64,000 nt of DNA from Rhynchopus sp. YZ270_cl-10 (Eukaryota). Below are positions 24,019-34,640 of the stretch, one piece after another; position 1 is the stretch's first letter; each line of letters begins with the position of its first letter. Below the pieces are notes generated by a model that worked only from the letters and a program-made list of their open reading frames with translations, searched no databases and was not told the DNA's origin. Location: assembly GCA_964035575.1 (NCBI GenBank), contig OZ037841.1:496001-560000 (forward strand), read 5' to 3'. A program made the position numbers and the translations under genes.

Positions 24019-25076
24019 TTTTTAGTCCTTTTTCTGAAGTTTTGAGAAGTTTTGAGGATAAGAAGGTAGAAGAAGTGAAGTGAAGTGTTCAGCAAAAGCA
24101 ACACTGCGAGAAGGAAAGGAAGGGAAGGGAAGGTTTGAATAACAATGCAATCCTTTTTTTTATTCACTTTTTCGGTCAATGTGTTTTCAAGGGTTTTTTT
24201 GGGGGGGAAAGGAGGGATAGTTTTTTTTTTCTCTTGCAAAAAAAAAAAAAAAGGGAGACAGCCGCAACAACGCCGGTCTCCCTTCACACACCTCGCTCAC
24301 TCCTCCCCCCCTCTACCCCGGTTACTGAGGGCAGAACCAGCACACACCACGTGTACTGGGACAAATCCACACATCACATATACCACACCATACAAATGAG
24401 CAATATTCCATGGAGTTGCCCATAACCTTTTTTGATGCTTCTAGTAACTCCACCAAAGAAAGACAGAATATCTACTAGTTTCCTTCCCAAATGAACACCT
24501 TTTTGTGCAAGATGAAGCAAAGCGAAGAGAAGCCTTCAAGAATGGAATGTCTCTCTCTCTCTGTGTCTCCACACATCCATTCATAGAGAAGTTGAATGTG
24601 CAAAACTCCTCGCTGTACACGCAGACAATGAACATGAAGAGAAAATGTGTAAGATGAAAGTTGCCGCTCGTGCACACACATCTGTAGTCCACAATATTTT
24701 TTGAGACGAATTGTTTCGTGAGGAATTGCCCAGTCAAAGTTAATTTTTCAAAAAATCAACCTCAGAGGGTCGAAAAAAACTGTGCCATCCGATGAGGGGG
24801 AAACTGCAAAAATCAGATTGCAGTTGTTCCAGAAGTATTGGCAGAGCTTGATTGAGCGCAACACATCCGTCCTTTTCCCTTCAATGTGTTGAGATTCCCT
24901 TTCGCAGAAAGGCGTCACCCAGCTAAGGTGTGTGGCTGTCATTAGGTGCTCCTTCCTGCTGTGGTTTTCGCAAAAGTGTGCATTTTTGATGAAAAGGGTG
25001 CCGGTTCTTCCTGCTGCGAAGGTCCCCTACAGCACGGAGTATCATCTGTTCTCACACCCATGCACCTCTGCTACCA

Positions 25077-28000
25077 CTATACGACAGACTCCAAACGAGG
25101 TGCAGAAGCAACAGCCAGGTCCTCCACAAGCTCTCTCATAAACATCGAGGTGTACATGCTGTGGGGTGGAAGGTTGTGTTGGGGAAAGGCAATAGTAAAT
25201 TAAAACCGAAATTGTAGTTCCCAGCTCTCGATTGCAAGAATGCAGACGGGGCGAAAAAACAAAATTTGACAAAAAAAAAAAGCCCCACCCCAATAACTGA
25301 AATGCAAAAACCTGGTCATACCTACAGGGAAGCACCGTCGAAAATATCACATGCATGCTGCGCTCAGGGAAGTCTGCCACGTCCATACTGCCACGGATGT
25401 GCCTCTCGACCATCTCGGGGTGCTTCTCTATGAAGGCCTGCTCTGCAATGACAGGCGTGACACGGAGGTTGAAGGTGGTGCGTTCCATCACCATGTTGTC
25501 TGTAATGAGTACAGGTGTCTCGTCTGCAACGCCTGCAGAGGGGACAACGAAACACTGCAGGTTGCTGTGGGAGGGAGAGGTAGTGCAGGGTAGACAACGG
25601 AAAGGAGGTTCTAGAATGAATTGCGAGAAAACCAGGGCTTCCCACAGGGGGGACCAGTGGTCCCCCTGGGAGAAAAAAAAAAAAATAAGGGGGGACCAGG
25701 CATGGGTGTTCCTAAGACGGAATACGAATACCACTTTTGGGATCGTGCACTTTTTTTTCTACAGGGATTCCCTTAGGGAAGAAAAAAAAGAGCAGACGGG
25801 TAACTAAGAGACTTTAGAACGGTCATTTTCACTGAGTGAGGTGGCCGTGAACTGGGATGGAATGAAACAACACAAAAAAGACATTTTTCTCCTTGTAGGA
25901 CGAACCCCCAAATAAAATTTTCGCCTCCGGCGGACACCCCCTTTCCTCCACTGTGTACTGTGTACTGTGTACTGTGTACTGTGTACTGTGTACTGTGTAC
26001 TGTGTACTGTGTACTGTGTACTGTGTACTGTGTACTGTGTACTGTGTACTGTGTACTGTGTACTGTGTACTGTGTACTGTGTACTGTGTACTGTGCAGTT
26101 ATGCAGCCACGCCAATTTTTTTTATAGTACCACCGCTGAACGCTCGGGTTACCAAAAATTCAAATAAGACCAGTTTTGGGGTGTTTTGACCCTGTTTTTG
26201 ACCCCCAAAGGGGAAGCCCACCCAAAGAAAAATAGTGGAATACGGACCCGATTTTTCCCTGAAAACCCCCGGAATACGGAACACCCATGGGACCAGGGGG
26301 GACCAGAGGGGACCAGCCTGCCCTTGAGTGTTCCGAGGCTGCCTGTTAGGAATTTTCCACATTTTTTTTAATTTTCCCTACCCTCCCGTCCCCGCGCATC
26401 CAAATACAGGCAACTAACAGGGGGAAAAAAAAGATGGCACCAAAAAAGTCCACCGGACCAAGACAGGTTTCCATAATGGAATTTGCAAAGCGACCGGCGG
26501 AGTCCCAGATATCGTCTCAGGCCCCGAAGAGGCAGAAAATAACGGTTGCAAAGAACCACGAGTATGCCACATGGGACGTGGTCGCAGCCCGTGAGCAGGC
26601 CGCGGTGAGGAAGGTTGTGCTGGACGAAAACGCAACTGCTGAAGATATTGTTCAAGAAATAAAAAAACACGACTTCAACCGCTACTACAACACGTGGACT
26701 GGGGAAGAGACTAAGGTTCAAGTGGCACTTCGTGGAATGTCGTGGAAGATCTCGGGGATGGGCTACGAGAAGAAGGACGCAGTGATCCAGCGAGTAAAGG
26801 AAAGAGACGAGAACGATCGCAGGGCAAGGGAAACACCCCCACCTGAACCTCTTCCGGAAGTGACGGCAGCCTTGTCGAATACCAACGTCCCCCCTTCATC
26901 AGCTCCTCCTTCTTCGAAGGCTGCACCGAAACCGGCCGCAAAAAAGTACCACACCGTTCTCACTCCGAAGGCAAAATCCCGTCAGCAGGGGGGTACGAAG
27001 GATGCGGACTTGTGGGTGCTGGACAACCAGGAGCAACCGGAGGGGGGAGCCGACTGGAAGTTCGAAATCCCCTACCCCCACATTCCAAGAAAGAAGCCTC
27101 AGAAGAACTGCGAAGAGAAAAAAAAGGGTGTGGAGCCCGAGGCAGATGACAGAGACGTGTGCGACGGAGTGGTGTCATTCCTAGCAGGGAACCCCTTGGA
27201 GTGCGAAGATGTTGCGGTCGTCGACGAGGATGGCAACGTAAAGGACAACAACGAGAACAACACCAACACCAACGAGGACGAGGACGACGACGACGAGGAT
27301 GACGACGAGGAGGATGACAACAACGAGAACGAGAACGACATGGCAGACAGCGAGAGCTCAGAAGAACCCACGGAATACAACACCCCCAATAAGTTGGCAT
27401 TCTCTGAGCAGCAAAGGTTCCTGAACGCCGCTGATAAGTACGAGTGGGTCTTCGCATCAAAGAGAGGGTACTGGTGCAGGTTGTGCAAGAAGCATCTTGC
27501 GCTGGCTATCAGCGCGAAGCGTCCTGATGCAGATGGCTCGTTTTTCGAAGTCCCATGTTGTGATGTGACACGAATCACAAAAAAGAAGTGTCCTGAACAC
27601 GCGAAAACTGCGAGCCACGTGGCAGCTGTGGAGGCAGAGAGGACACGGAACAGCGGGACCGGGATGATTGTAAAGACATCCAAAGCGCATCAGAGCATGA
27701 ACCGGCGTCAGCTGCTGAAGCTCACAGCCAATTTGTACTGGTTGGTGAAGCGAGGGGTGAGCCACAGCACCAATTACGCCAGCCTCGCACAGCACTCGGC
27801 AAGGTGGGACGCCGACCTGAAGGCCTTCATTGAAACGAAGAACGCTTCCTACACTAGCAGGCGGACAATGCAGGAGCTTCTGGACGCGATTAACACCGAG
27901 CTGCAGTTTCGCATCGAGTCCCGCGTGCGACAAAGTAAGTACATTACTGTGCTTGCTGATGAGACGCAAGATATCTGCCGTCGCTCTGAATTGTCGGTGT

Positions 28001-31000
28001 ACATACGTGGCGTTGATGGCAAAGGCGAGAGCTTCGAGCATTTTTGGGGTATCGCACCGTTGACAGATGGGAAGGGTGCGGCAGGTGTGTACACCGACAT
28101 TGCAGAGAGAGTGTCCTACATGGACGTGCACCGTGCGAGAGGGGTACCGCTGGAGACGGACGAGCAGCCACCCGCCCGCGAGATGATTGGCGGGAAGAAG
28201 ATTGTTGGTGTTGGGTTCGATGGAACCAACACGATGTCGGGTGGGTTTTCTGGTGTGCAGACGAGGTTTAAGTATTTTCAAAATATTTATATTATCTACG
28301 TCTGGTGCAGAAACCACCAGCTGAACCTCTCTCTGCAGTGGGCTGGGCAGAGCCATGTTGACGTGATGAGTGCGATCAACAGCCAGCGCGACATCTACTG
28401 GTACGTTCGCAGTTCCGGTGAACGAGTCTTGGCCGTGTCCAACGCCTGCAACCAGCTCAAGCAGGTAGTGGAGTGGCTGAACCTGCCAGACCTGCAGCTG
28501 GAGAAGGGGGCCGACACCCGTTGGCTCACCAACGAGAAAGGGTGCACGACGCTGCTGAACACCCTCCCCTCCATCCACCACGCCCTCAGCCAGATCCACC
28601 AGCAGGACGGCGATGCCATCACCAGGGGACTGTTGGAAACGCTGGAGTCGCCGAGGTTCGTTGCGGCAAACTTCCTCCTCGCCAGCGTCTTCATCGTGAT
28701 GAAGCCGCTGAACCTGAAGTTGCAAGAATCTTGTGCTGGATTGGTCATGATTCCTGACCTGCTGAAGTCCACACAGGAATCACTCGAGCGACTCGCGGAA
28801 GGTGTGGAGAACGGTGCAGAGTACAAGTATCTTCAATGGACTACGTACTACAACACTGTTGTGGCTCGCTTGTCGGGGAAGAAGGTCTGTCCGGAAGCTT
28901 TTCTTCGGTTTCACGAAACCACCACTAGAAGCTACGTGAAAGATCTAATCGCACAGCTTACCGCAAGGTTTTGTGATTCCGCAATATTCACAAACATCGC
29001 AGTACTGGATCCGCAGCGAGACTTCGGTGACAAGCCCGATGAAGACGAAGCCTTAATACACAACCTTACTCACTTCTTCTGCACCAAGCGGTCCCAGAAA
29101 CTAGATGGTTATCCGGAAACGAAGAGCTACGACCCCCCTTACAACGATCATGACAAGCAAACAATACGGTTCCAGCTTACCTTGCTCCTCACAAAAATAA
29201 GGCAACAGCGGGAAGCAAGCGCGAACCCTGCGAAGTACACGTTCTCAGATGCTGTGCGTTATGCAGTTGCGTGCCATTCGTTGACGTTGCCCAAAGCAGT
29301 TGATTTCCTTCTTCGTGTCGCATGCTTGCCTGGTAGTACGGCTGTGGTGGAGCGTGCATTTTCAGTTTTGAAACTGGTACTGACGCGTCTCAGGGCCAGC
29401 ATGCTGATCACGACGTTAGATGCCCTCATGAGGATAAAAATTGAGGGACCTCAGGTGCCTTCTCTTCCGTTGTTGAACAGCGTTGTCGATCGATTCATCA
29501 AAGCGGCACCAAAGACAGGAAGACGCCGCGATTTTGGTACTGTAGCATGAGAGAATTTTATTGTATGGATCAGTTTTATGTGTGCAGCCTTTGACCCTTT
29601 TCGTGTGTCGTCATCGAGCTATGTTGCATTGCGGTTCCCCCACCCCACCCCATCAGTGTAAACAAAATTGAGAAAAGGATCCCCCCCCGTTCACTACTTT
29701 CTTCAGAGCAGGAAACTGCTTTTTCTTTTTACCTTTCTTTTTTCCAGCGTTTTTGGCGACATAGTGCCTGAAAAAGACCAGAAACTAAGTTTCAGCTTCA
29801 ATTTTTTGCAAATAACCCCCCACTACGTTCTTCAGAGAAGTAGTCAGTGGGAGCGTCCGTAGTGCGCAAAGGCGCGTAACGTAACGTAGAGTCAGCGTTA
29901 ATGCTACATACCACACACAACAAGGCGCGAAAAAAAAAAATTTTTCACCTTTTTTTGGCTGGTCCCCCTGGGAGGCCAAAACCCCAGATCCTGCGGGAAG
30001 CCCTGGTTTAAAACACAAAAAAAAAAAAGGGGAAACGACAATGTGGACTCTAAAAATGTGGATTACGACAATGTGGATTAATAATCCACATTGTCGCATA
30101 ATCCACATTGTCGTAATCCACATTGTCGCAAAAAATAATCCACATTGTCGCATAATCCGGATTCTTGATTTTTTGCCTTCTTGGTACCCAGGTACCCAGG
30201 TACCCAGGTACCAGGTCCAGGTCCAGGTACCCAGGAACAGGAAAAAAGTCGTGAAAGAGCAACCACAGCTCCACATGACAAACACAAAAGTGTCCAGTCA
30301 CGTGGGGCATTCATGCACTGAGGAGATAATGATCCAACAATTTACAAGAAAGATTACTTAACCTACTGCTGGAAATTGCCAGGTCGTAGTAACACACAAA
30401 GTGTGCCTCCGTTCGGGAAGACCGGATATTCTAGAGACCAAAAAGGCCTCAAGAATATCTTCCGGTAGTCAAGGTAGAACCGAGTGAACGGCCCAAGACC
30501 CCCGTGGAGAAGTTAAATGTTGTAATGCTATCAGGTAGAAACTGCGAACACTGTCTTACCCTCCTCAATGCATGGTGGTTGATGTCTTCCACAACAAATT
30601 TCCTGTACCCAGGTACCCAGGTTCCCAGACCCACGCAGTACCACGTCGCAGTACTACGCAAAATTTACCAGACCCTGTCTTCGTGCACCTGAAGTACAAC
30701 GCCGCAGACAGGCCAAACATGCGTTGGACTCAGAGGAATGCCCGCTGTGCAGGTATCATGAGAACCAACTCCCAGCAACAAGGGGCGCCTTTTGGCGGGC
30801 GTTGTTGAGGGTGTTTGGGGTGCAAAGTTTTCCACAATTTTGATGCGCGGGTACAGAAGTGTTATCTTGTTCTTTCATCTCTAAGAAATGTAAATGTCAA
30901 TCGCGTTTAACTACCACTAGGGCTTGTTCAGTGAACCCACGAGGGGTCGAAGGGGGTTGGTTATCCCGTATCTATCAAAGGTTGTGTCGACCAGGCTAAA

Positions 31001-33888
31001 CCACTATGTTACGCTGTACGTTGTTTAATCCGAAGAAATAACACTTTAGCAGCCGCAGGAAGTTTGCTAAAAAGAGTGCCTCACGCTACACAAACCACCA
31101 CCCGCGATTGACTTAGATGTTATAACAAAGAGAATTCAGAACAAAACAACACCCTGCCCCATACACACTAAATTGTCATACTTCAAGAGCATGCCTGGGC
31201 CAAAATTACTATGACGAAAAGGCAACAAGACCACCCACAAGGAGTGTGAATTGTGCACTGGTTTTCTGGGGGAACAAACAATATTTTCTTGCGTCTAGTC
31301 CTCCGTAAGTAGAGGACAGACTTTCCGGAAGGTTTCCAAAGTCGAATTTCTTGCACTAGCTATGCTCCCTGGGTTAATGGCAATAGCAGTGACTGCGACA
31401 GAGTGTTCCCACCCCCCTTTCTACCCATATGTTCGCTCGTTCTGCACTCTCGACGTTGCACTCATTGCGATACCTGTTTAAAAGTGAATTTGTGAGTGGT
31501 GGGGAAATTAAAGAAGGTGACTTCTTAAAAAAATAAGTTGGCGGGGTGTAAAATATTGTTCTGGAGACTCTTGGAGGAAATACGAGTCGACGGCCTTATT
31601 TTGTTGAATATTCACCAGAAAGTTAAACATATTTACATACCTTGTCTTGCGCCTTCGCTGCTGTCAAGGTGCCTTCTCTGGGTACCCAGTAGGAGGCTCA
31701 AAACTGCTCAATTCTGGCTGGAATTGCAAAATTGGGCACTTTTAGGATGTGACCAAAAAAATTTTCGAGAGTCTAGTTATTACAGAGGCTCACCTTAGAA
31801 GGCAAAAATAGTCAATAATCCGGATTACCGACAATAATCCGGATTATGTGACAAGGTGGATTACTGGTGTTTTGGTGGAAAAAACCCGCAAAAACGCGTT
31901 TTAGACCCCCAGAGAGGCTCAAAACTGCTCAATTCTGGCTTTAATTGCAAAATTGGGCACTTTTAGGATGCGACCAAAAAAATTTTCGAGAGTCTAGTTA
32001 TTACAGAGGCTCACCTTAGAAGGCAAAAAATCAAGAATCCGGATTATGCGACAATGTGGATTATTTTTTGCGACAATGTGGATTACGACAATGTGGATTA
32101 TGCGACAATGTGGATTATTAATCCACATTGTCGTAATCCACATTTTTAGAGTCCACATTGTCGTTTCCCCAAAAAAAAAAAAATGCCACCCCCCCTTCAT
32201 TCATACCTGCAAGACCCCCACAGCGGCCTGAAGATGCCGTGGAAGACGGCGGCAGAGTGCATGGCCTCTTCAAATATTGAGACGCTGAGGTCAAACTTCT
32301 GCAGCAGCAACGCTTCGAGAGAGTCCCGCGACACGCCTTCGATCTGAGGGAGGGTAGTGGTGGTGGCGCAGACACAGTCCTATTCTGGCAATACACCTTT
32401 GTTCTGAACTACAAAAACCAATAAAATTTGACTAAATACAAAAAAGCCCTCATGAACAGTGCAGCTTTGGTACACTGACTGATGCACCGGGGGTGGACCA
32501 ACGCAGTTAGTTACACATCCATTTCGATGGTTGACATCTGATTTTAAAAAAAAACACACACCTCCGGGTAGACGCACGGCTGCGGGAGCCCCTCAGCATC
32601 GTACACAACACCGGGCATGGGGAGCACTACGTTCTGCAGGGAATACCTCCTTGCCTCCTTTGCTGAGCGCACTGTGTGCACTGCTGTGTTGTCTGCGATG
32701 CTCACACCGGGCTCTTCTGTCACAAGATCCCCTACGAGCACCGTGTGGCCCAGCTTGATCCGCGCACTGGCCATCTCATTCCATACGTATGCCTGGAGTG
32801 AGGACAGACAATGCGCACGCGAGAGCCGCGACAGCGATGCCAGCACCGCGTTTCTTGCGTCCCCAGAGGCTATCATCTCCCCCAGCAGCACCCGCACCTT
32901 ATCCCACACACCGTTCTCCGGGAGTGCCAGCAGCGCCGCTTCGTATTCGTTGTTCGCAAAGGCCTCGTGAACACCTTCGGGCAGCGCGACTCTGTTGAGC
33001 AGCACCGCCTCCGCCGCGTCTCTCCACGCACCCCGCAGCATCGCTGCAGCCACGTGGTACGGCTGCTTCTGCGCACCTAGGGAAAACCGTTGGTAGCCGT
33101 TATAATTGATAAATCCAAAACGCTTTACCCTTGTCGCCTTTACGCAGAGATCGTCTATGGCAGTATCATAGAACGGTGCATTGCGGATGCATGTGTCTAC
33201 ACGTGTTCCCAGTGCTTCTCCTAAACCTACTGGATGCGACTTTAACTCAAAGTCGCCCACCTTCAAGTCCTTCTCCAGCTCGAACATATCGTTGAGAAGG
33301 GACAGCTGCTTCCAAGAGCAGTCGCGTATGGAGGCACGTTGGGTGGATGCAGTGAGGGCGTCCTTGAGGGATGCCACGCTGATGTCGCGTGGGGGTACGC
33401 CTGTGGAGAGGGGTAAAAGAAGGGTTTAAGTGCAAAGTCGCGTCGTAATAAAAGGTGGAAGAACTCATACCTAGCGCCGCTGATATGCGCTGTATCGCAC
33501 GCTCTGTCGTGATCCCTTCTGTATAGAGGTTGAAGTGCAGGTAGACGTCCTCCCCTGCCGCAAGCATGCTGTGCTGCAGTGCGTGCAGCTTTCTTCCGTT
33601 TGTACCGTGCTGGTGTGCATCTGAGTAGGAGGGGGTAAAGGCAAGCTTGCACTCAACCCCGCTGTTCAGGATTTCATGATGCACTTCGTCATACGCTAGC
33701 GCCGGTGCACTCCCCACGGTCACATTCTCGCTCATTCTACAATGAATCCCGCATTCTGCCTCTGCCTTCACGTTGGCAACAGAAAGCGGCTTGGTGTATG
33801 TCTTCTGCACAATGCTTGCTGAGGAAGAAGCAGAAGACGCATTCCGTGCAAACACCCTACCTACCTGAGGCGCACACCGTACTATCAT
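25077..33888 (-). CDS. TruD/PUS7-family pseudouridine synthase; exons 33888-33471, 33400-32562, 32343-32207, 25564-25322, 25158-25077
   Basis: Four GT-AG introns with compatible phases join TruD motifs in order: 'ISVASLKDALTASTQRAS' (catalytic Asp motif), 'GFINYNGYQRFS', 'SLQAYVWNEMASARI', 'VVLPMPG', 'HGIFRPL' and 'LPCSMYTSMFMREL'. Confidence 0.88.
25951..26095. repeat. (CTGTGTA)n tandem repeat in the hAT 5' region
   Basis: About 20 perfect 7-bp units. Confidence 0.97.
26434..29550 (+). CDS. hAT-family transposase (ZNF862/ZMYM-like, TTF-type Zn finger, DDE, C-terminal dimerisation domain)
   Basis: Uninterrupted 1038-aa ORF with 'YWCRLC...HAKTASH', 'VLADETQD', 'GVGFDG', 'WCRNHQLNL', 'DTRW' and 'STAVVERAFSVLK...RLRASM'. 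Confidence 0.95.
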   Translation: MAPKKSTGPRQVSIMEFAKRPAESQISSQAPKRQKITVAKNHEYATWDVVAAREQAAVRKVVLDENATAEDIVQEIKKHDFNRYYNTWTGEETKVQVALRGMSWKISGMGYEKKDAVIQRVKERDENDRRARETPPPEPLPEVTAALSNTNVPPSSAPPSSKAAPKPAAKKYHTVLTPKAKSRQQGGTKDADLWVLDNQEQPEGGADWKFEIPYPHIPRKKPQKNCEEKKKGVEPEADDRDVCDGVVSFLAGNPLECEDVAVVDEDGNVKDNNENNTNTNEDEDDDDEDDDEEDDNNENENDMADSESSEEPTEYNTPNKLAFSEQQRFLNAADKYEWVFASKRGYWCRLCKKHLALAISAKRPDADGSFFEVPCCDVTRITKKKCPEHAKTASHVAAVEAERTRNSGTGMIVKTSKAHQSMNRRQLLKLTANLYWLVKRGVSHSTNYASLAQHSARWDADLKAFIETKNASYTSRRTMQELLDAINTELQFRIESRVRQSKYITVLADETQDICRRSELSVYIRGVDGKGESFEHFWGIAPLTDGKGAAGVYTDIAERVSYMDVHRARGVPLETDEQPPAREMIGGKKIVGVGFDGTNTMSGGFSGVQTRFKYFQNIYIIYVWCRNHQLNLSLQWAGQSHVDVMSAINSQRDIYWYVRSSGERVLAVSNACNQLKQVVEWLNLPDLQLEKGADTRWLTNEKGCTTLLNTLPSIHHALSQIHQQDGDAITRGLLETLESPRFVAANFLLASVFIVMKPLNLKLQESCAGLVMIPDLLKSTQESLERLAEGVENGAEYKYLQWTTYYNTVVARLSGKKVCPEAFLRFHETTTRSYVKDLIAQLTARFCDSAIFTNIAVLDPQRDFGDKPDEDEALIHNLTHFFCTKRSQKLDGYPETKSYDPPYNDHDKQTIRFQLTLLLTKIRQQREASANPAKYTFSDAVRYAVACHSLTLPKAVDFLLRVACLPGSTAVVERAFSVLKLVLTRLRASMLITTLDALMRIKIEGPQVPSLPLLNSVVDRFIKAAPKTGRRRDFGTVA
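30029..32170. mobile_element. Non-autonomous foldback/MULE-like element A with ~150-bp TIRs, flanked by A-tracts
   Basis: 30029-30181 is the reverse complement of 32018-32170 (GGGGAAACGACAATGTGGAC...), built from ACAATGTGGATTA units. A-tracts of 12 and 13 nt on the flanks. Confidence 0.9.
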
Positions 33889-34640
33889 CGTGTTGCTGCC
33901 CCTTTCTTCTTTTGTGTATTCTGATAAAATGAAAGAAAGATGACGAACAGGATGAGGAGGGAGTTATTGAAGTGAAGTGTGAAGGTGGGTGGGTGGGGTG
34001 GAGAAGGGGGGGGGAGGAAAATAAGTGTCGTTTTTTCGTTGTTCTGGTACGTTTTGCATAGGAAAAATGAAAGAAAAAAAGGGACAAAGGGAAAAATCCC
34101 GTACTATATACACACTTTATTTTGAAATGGTTGCAGTGTAGACAATCTGAATGTACTCTACACACTACGAGGAGTGTTTTTTTTATCTCCTGTATGGATA
34201 AAATCACTCCACTAAAAGAGGGATGGGTTCTGCACTGAAATACTCGACCCAAATGGTTGTTGGCGTTGGTTCTTGACAACAACATAAAGGGCAGTGCTCT
34301 ACCCGCACACCCACACTTAGGGCCATATTCTGCGCAAGAATTACCCCTATTAGTTATCAAACACACAGCAATAGGGTGCGGATGACACCCATCCTGGGAA
34401 ATGTTCCATTCTTAGGAACTATCCACACCACCCCACACAAAATCAATTGCCTGTTTGATTCGGCTCCAGCAGCAGGAACGCAACGTTCAGTCGGCAATGT
34501 AAATGGAATTAATTTTTAAACTTTGGTTTGTGTTAGTGTCGGCCCGAGATGAGCTCCACATATTTTTTTCGACAATTGGCATAACAAAACTCTACCCACA
34601 AAGAAAAAAAAACCCCCCCCCCCCAAAAAATCCCTCCCCT

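Larger units (their letters stand above)
25633..30005 (+). mobile_element. Autonomous-looking hAT DNA transposon inside TruD intron 3
   Basis: 15-bp TIR CAGGGCTTCCCACAG / CTGCGGGAAGCCCTG (1 mismatch); subterminal GGGGGACCAG repeats at both ends; encloses the transposase ORF. No matching 8-bp TSD. Confidence 0.9.

Noticed and set aside
27457..28725. 422-aa minus-strand ORF
   Set aside because: Antisense shadow of the GC-rich hAT transposase; no recognisable motifs.
30029..30181. CRISPR-like appearance of the repeated ACAATGTGGATTA units (also 44270-44400 and 51130-51270)
   Set aside because: No unique spacers and no cas genes; the arrays are mirrored at the other end of each element, so they are subterminal TIR repeats.
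30240..31690. Protein-coding capacity in the shared core of elements A/B
   Set aside because: Only short ORFs interrupted by stops, and no recognisable transposase or other motif by eye.
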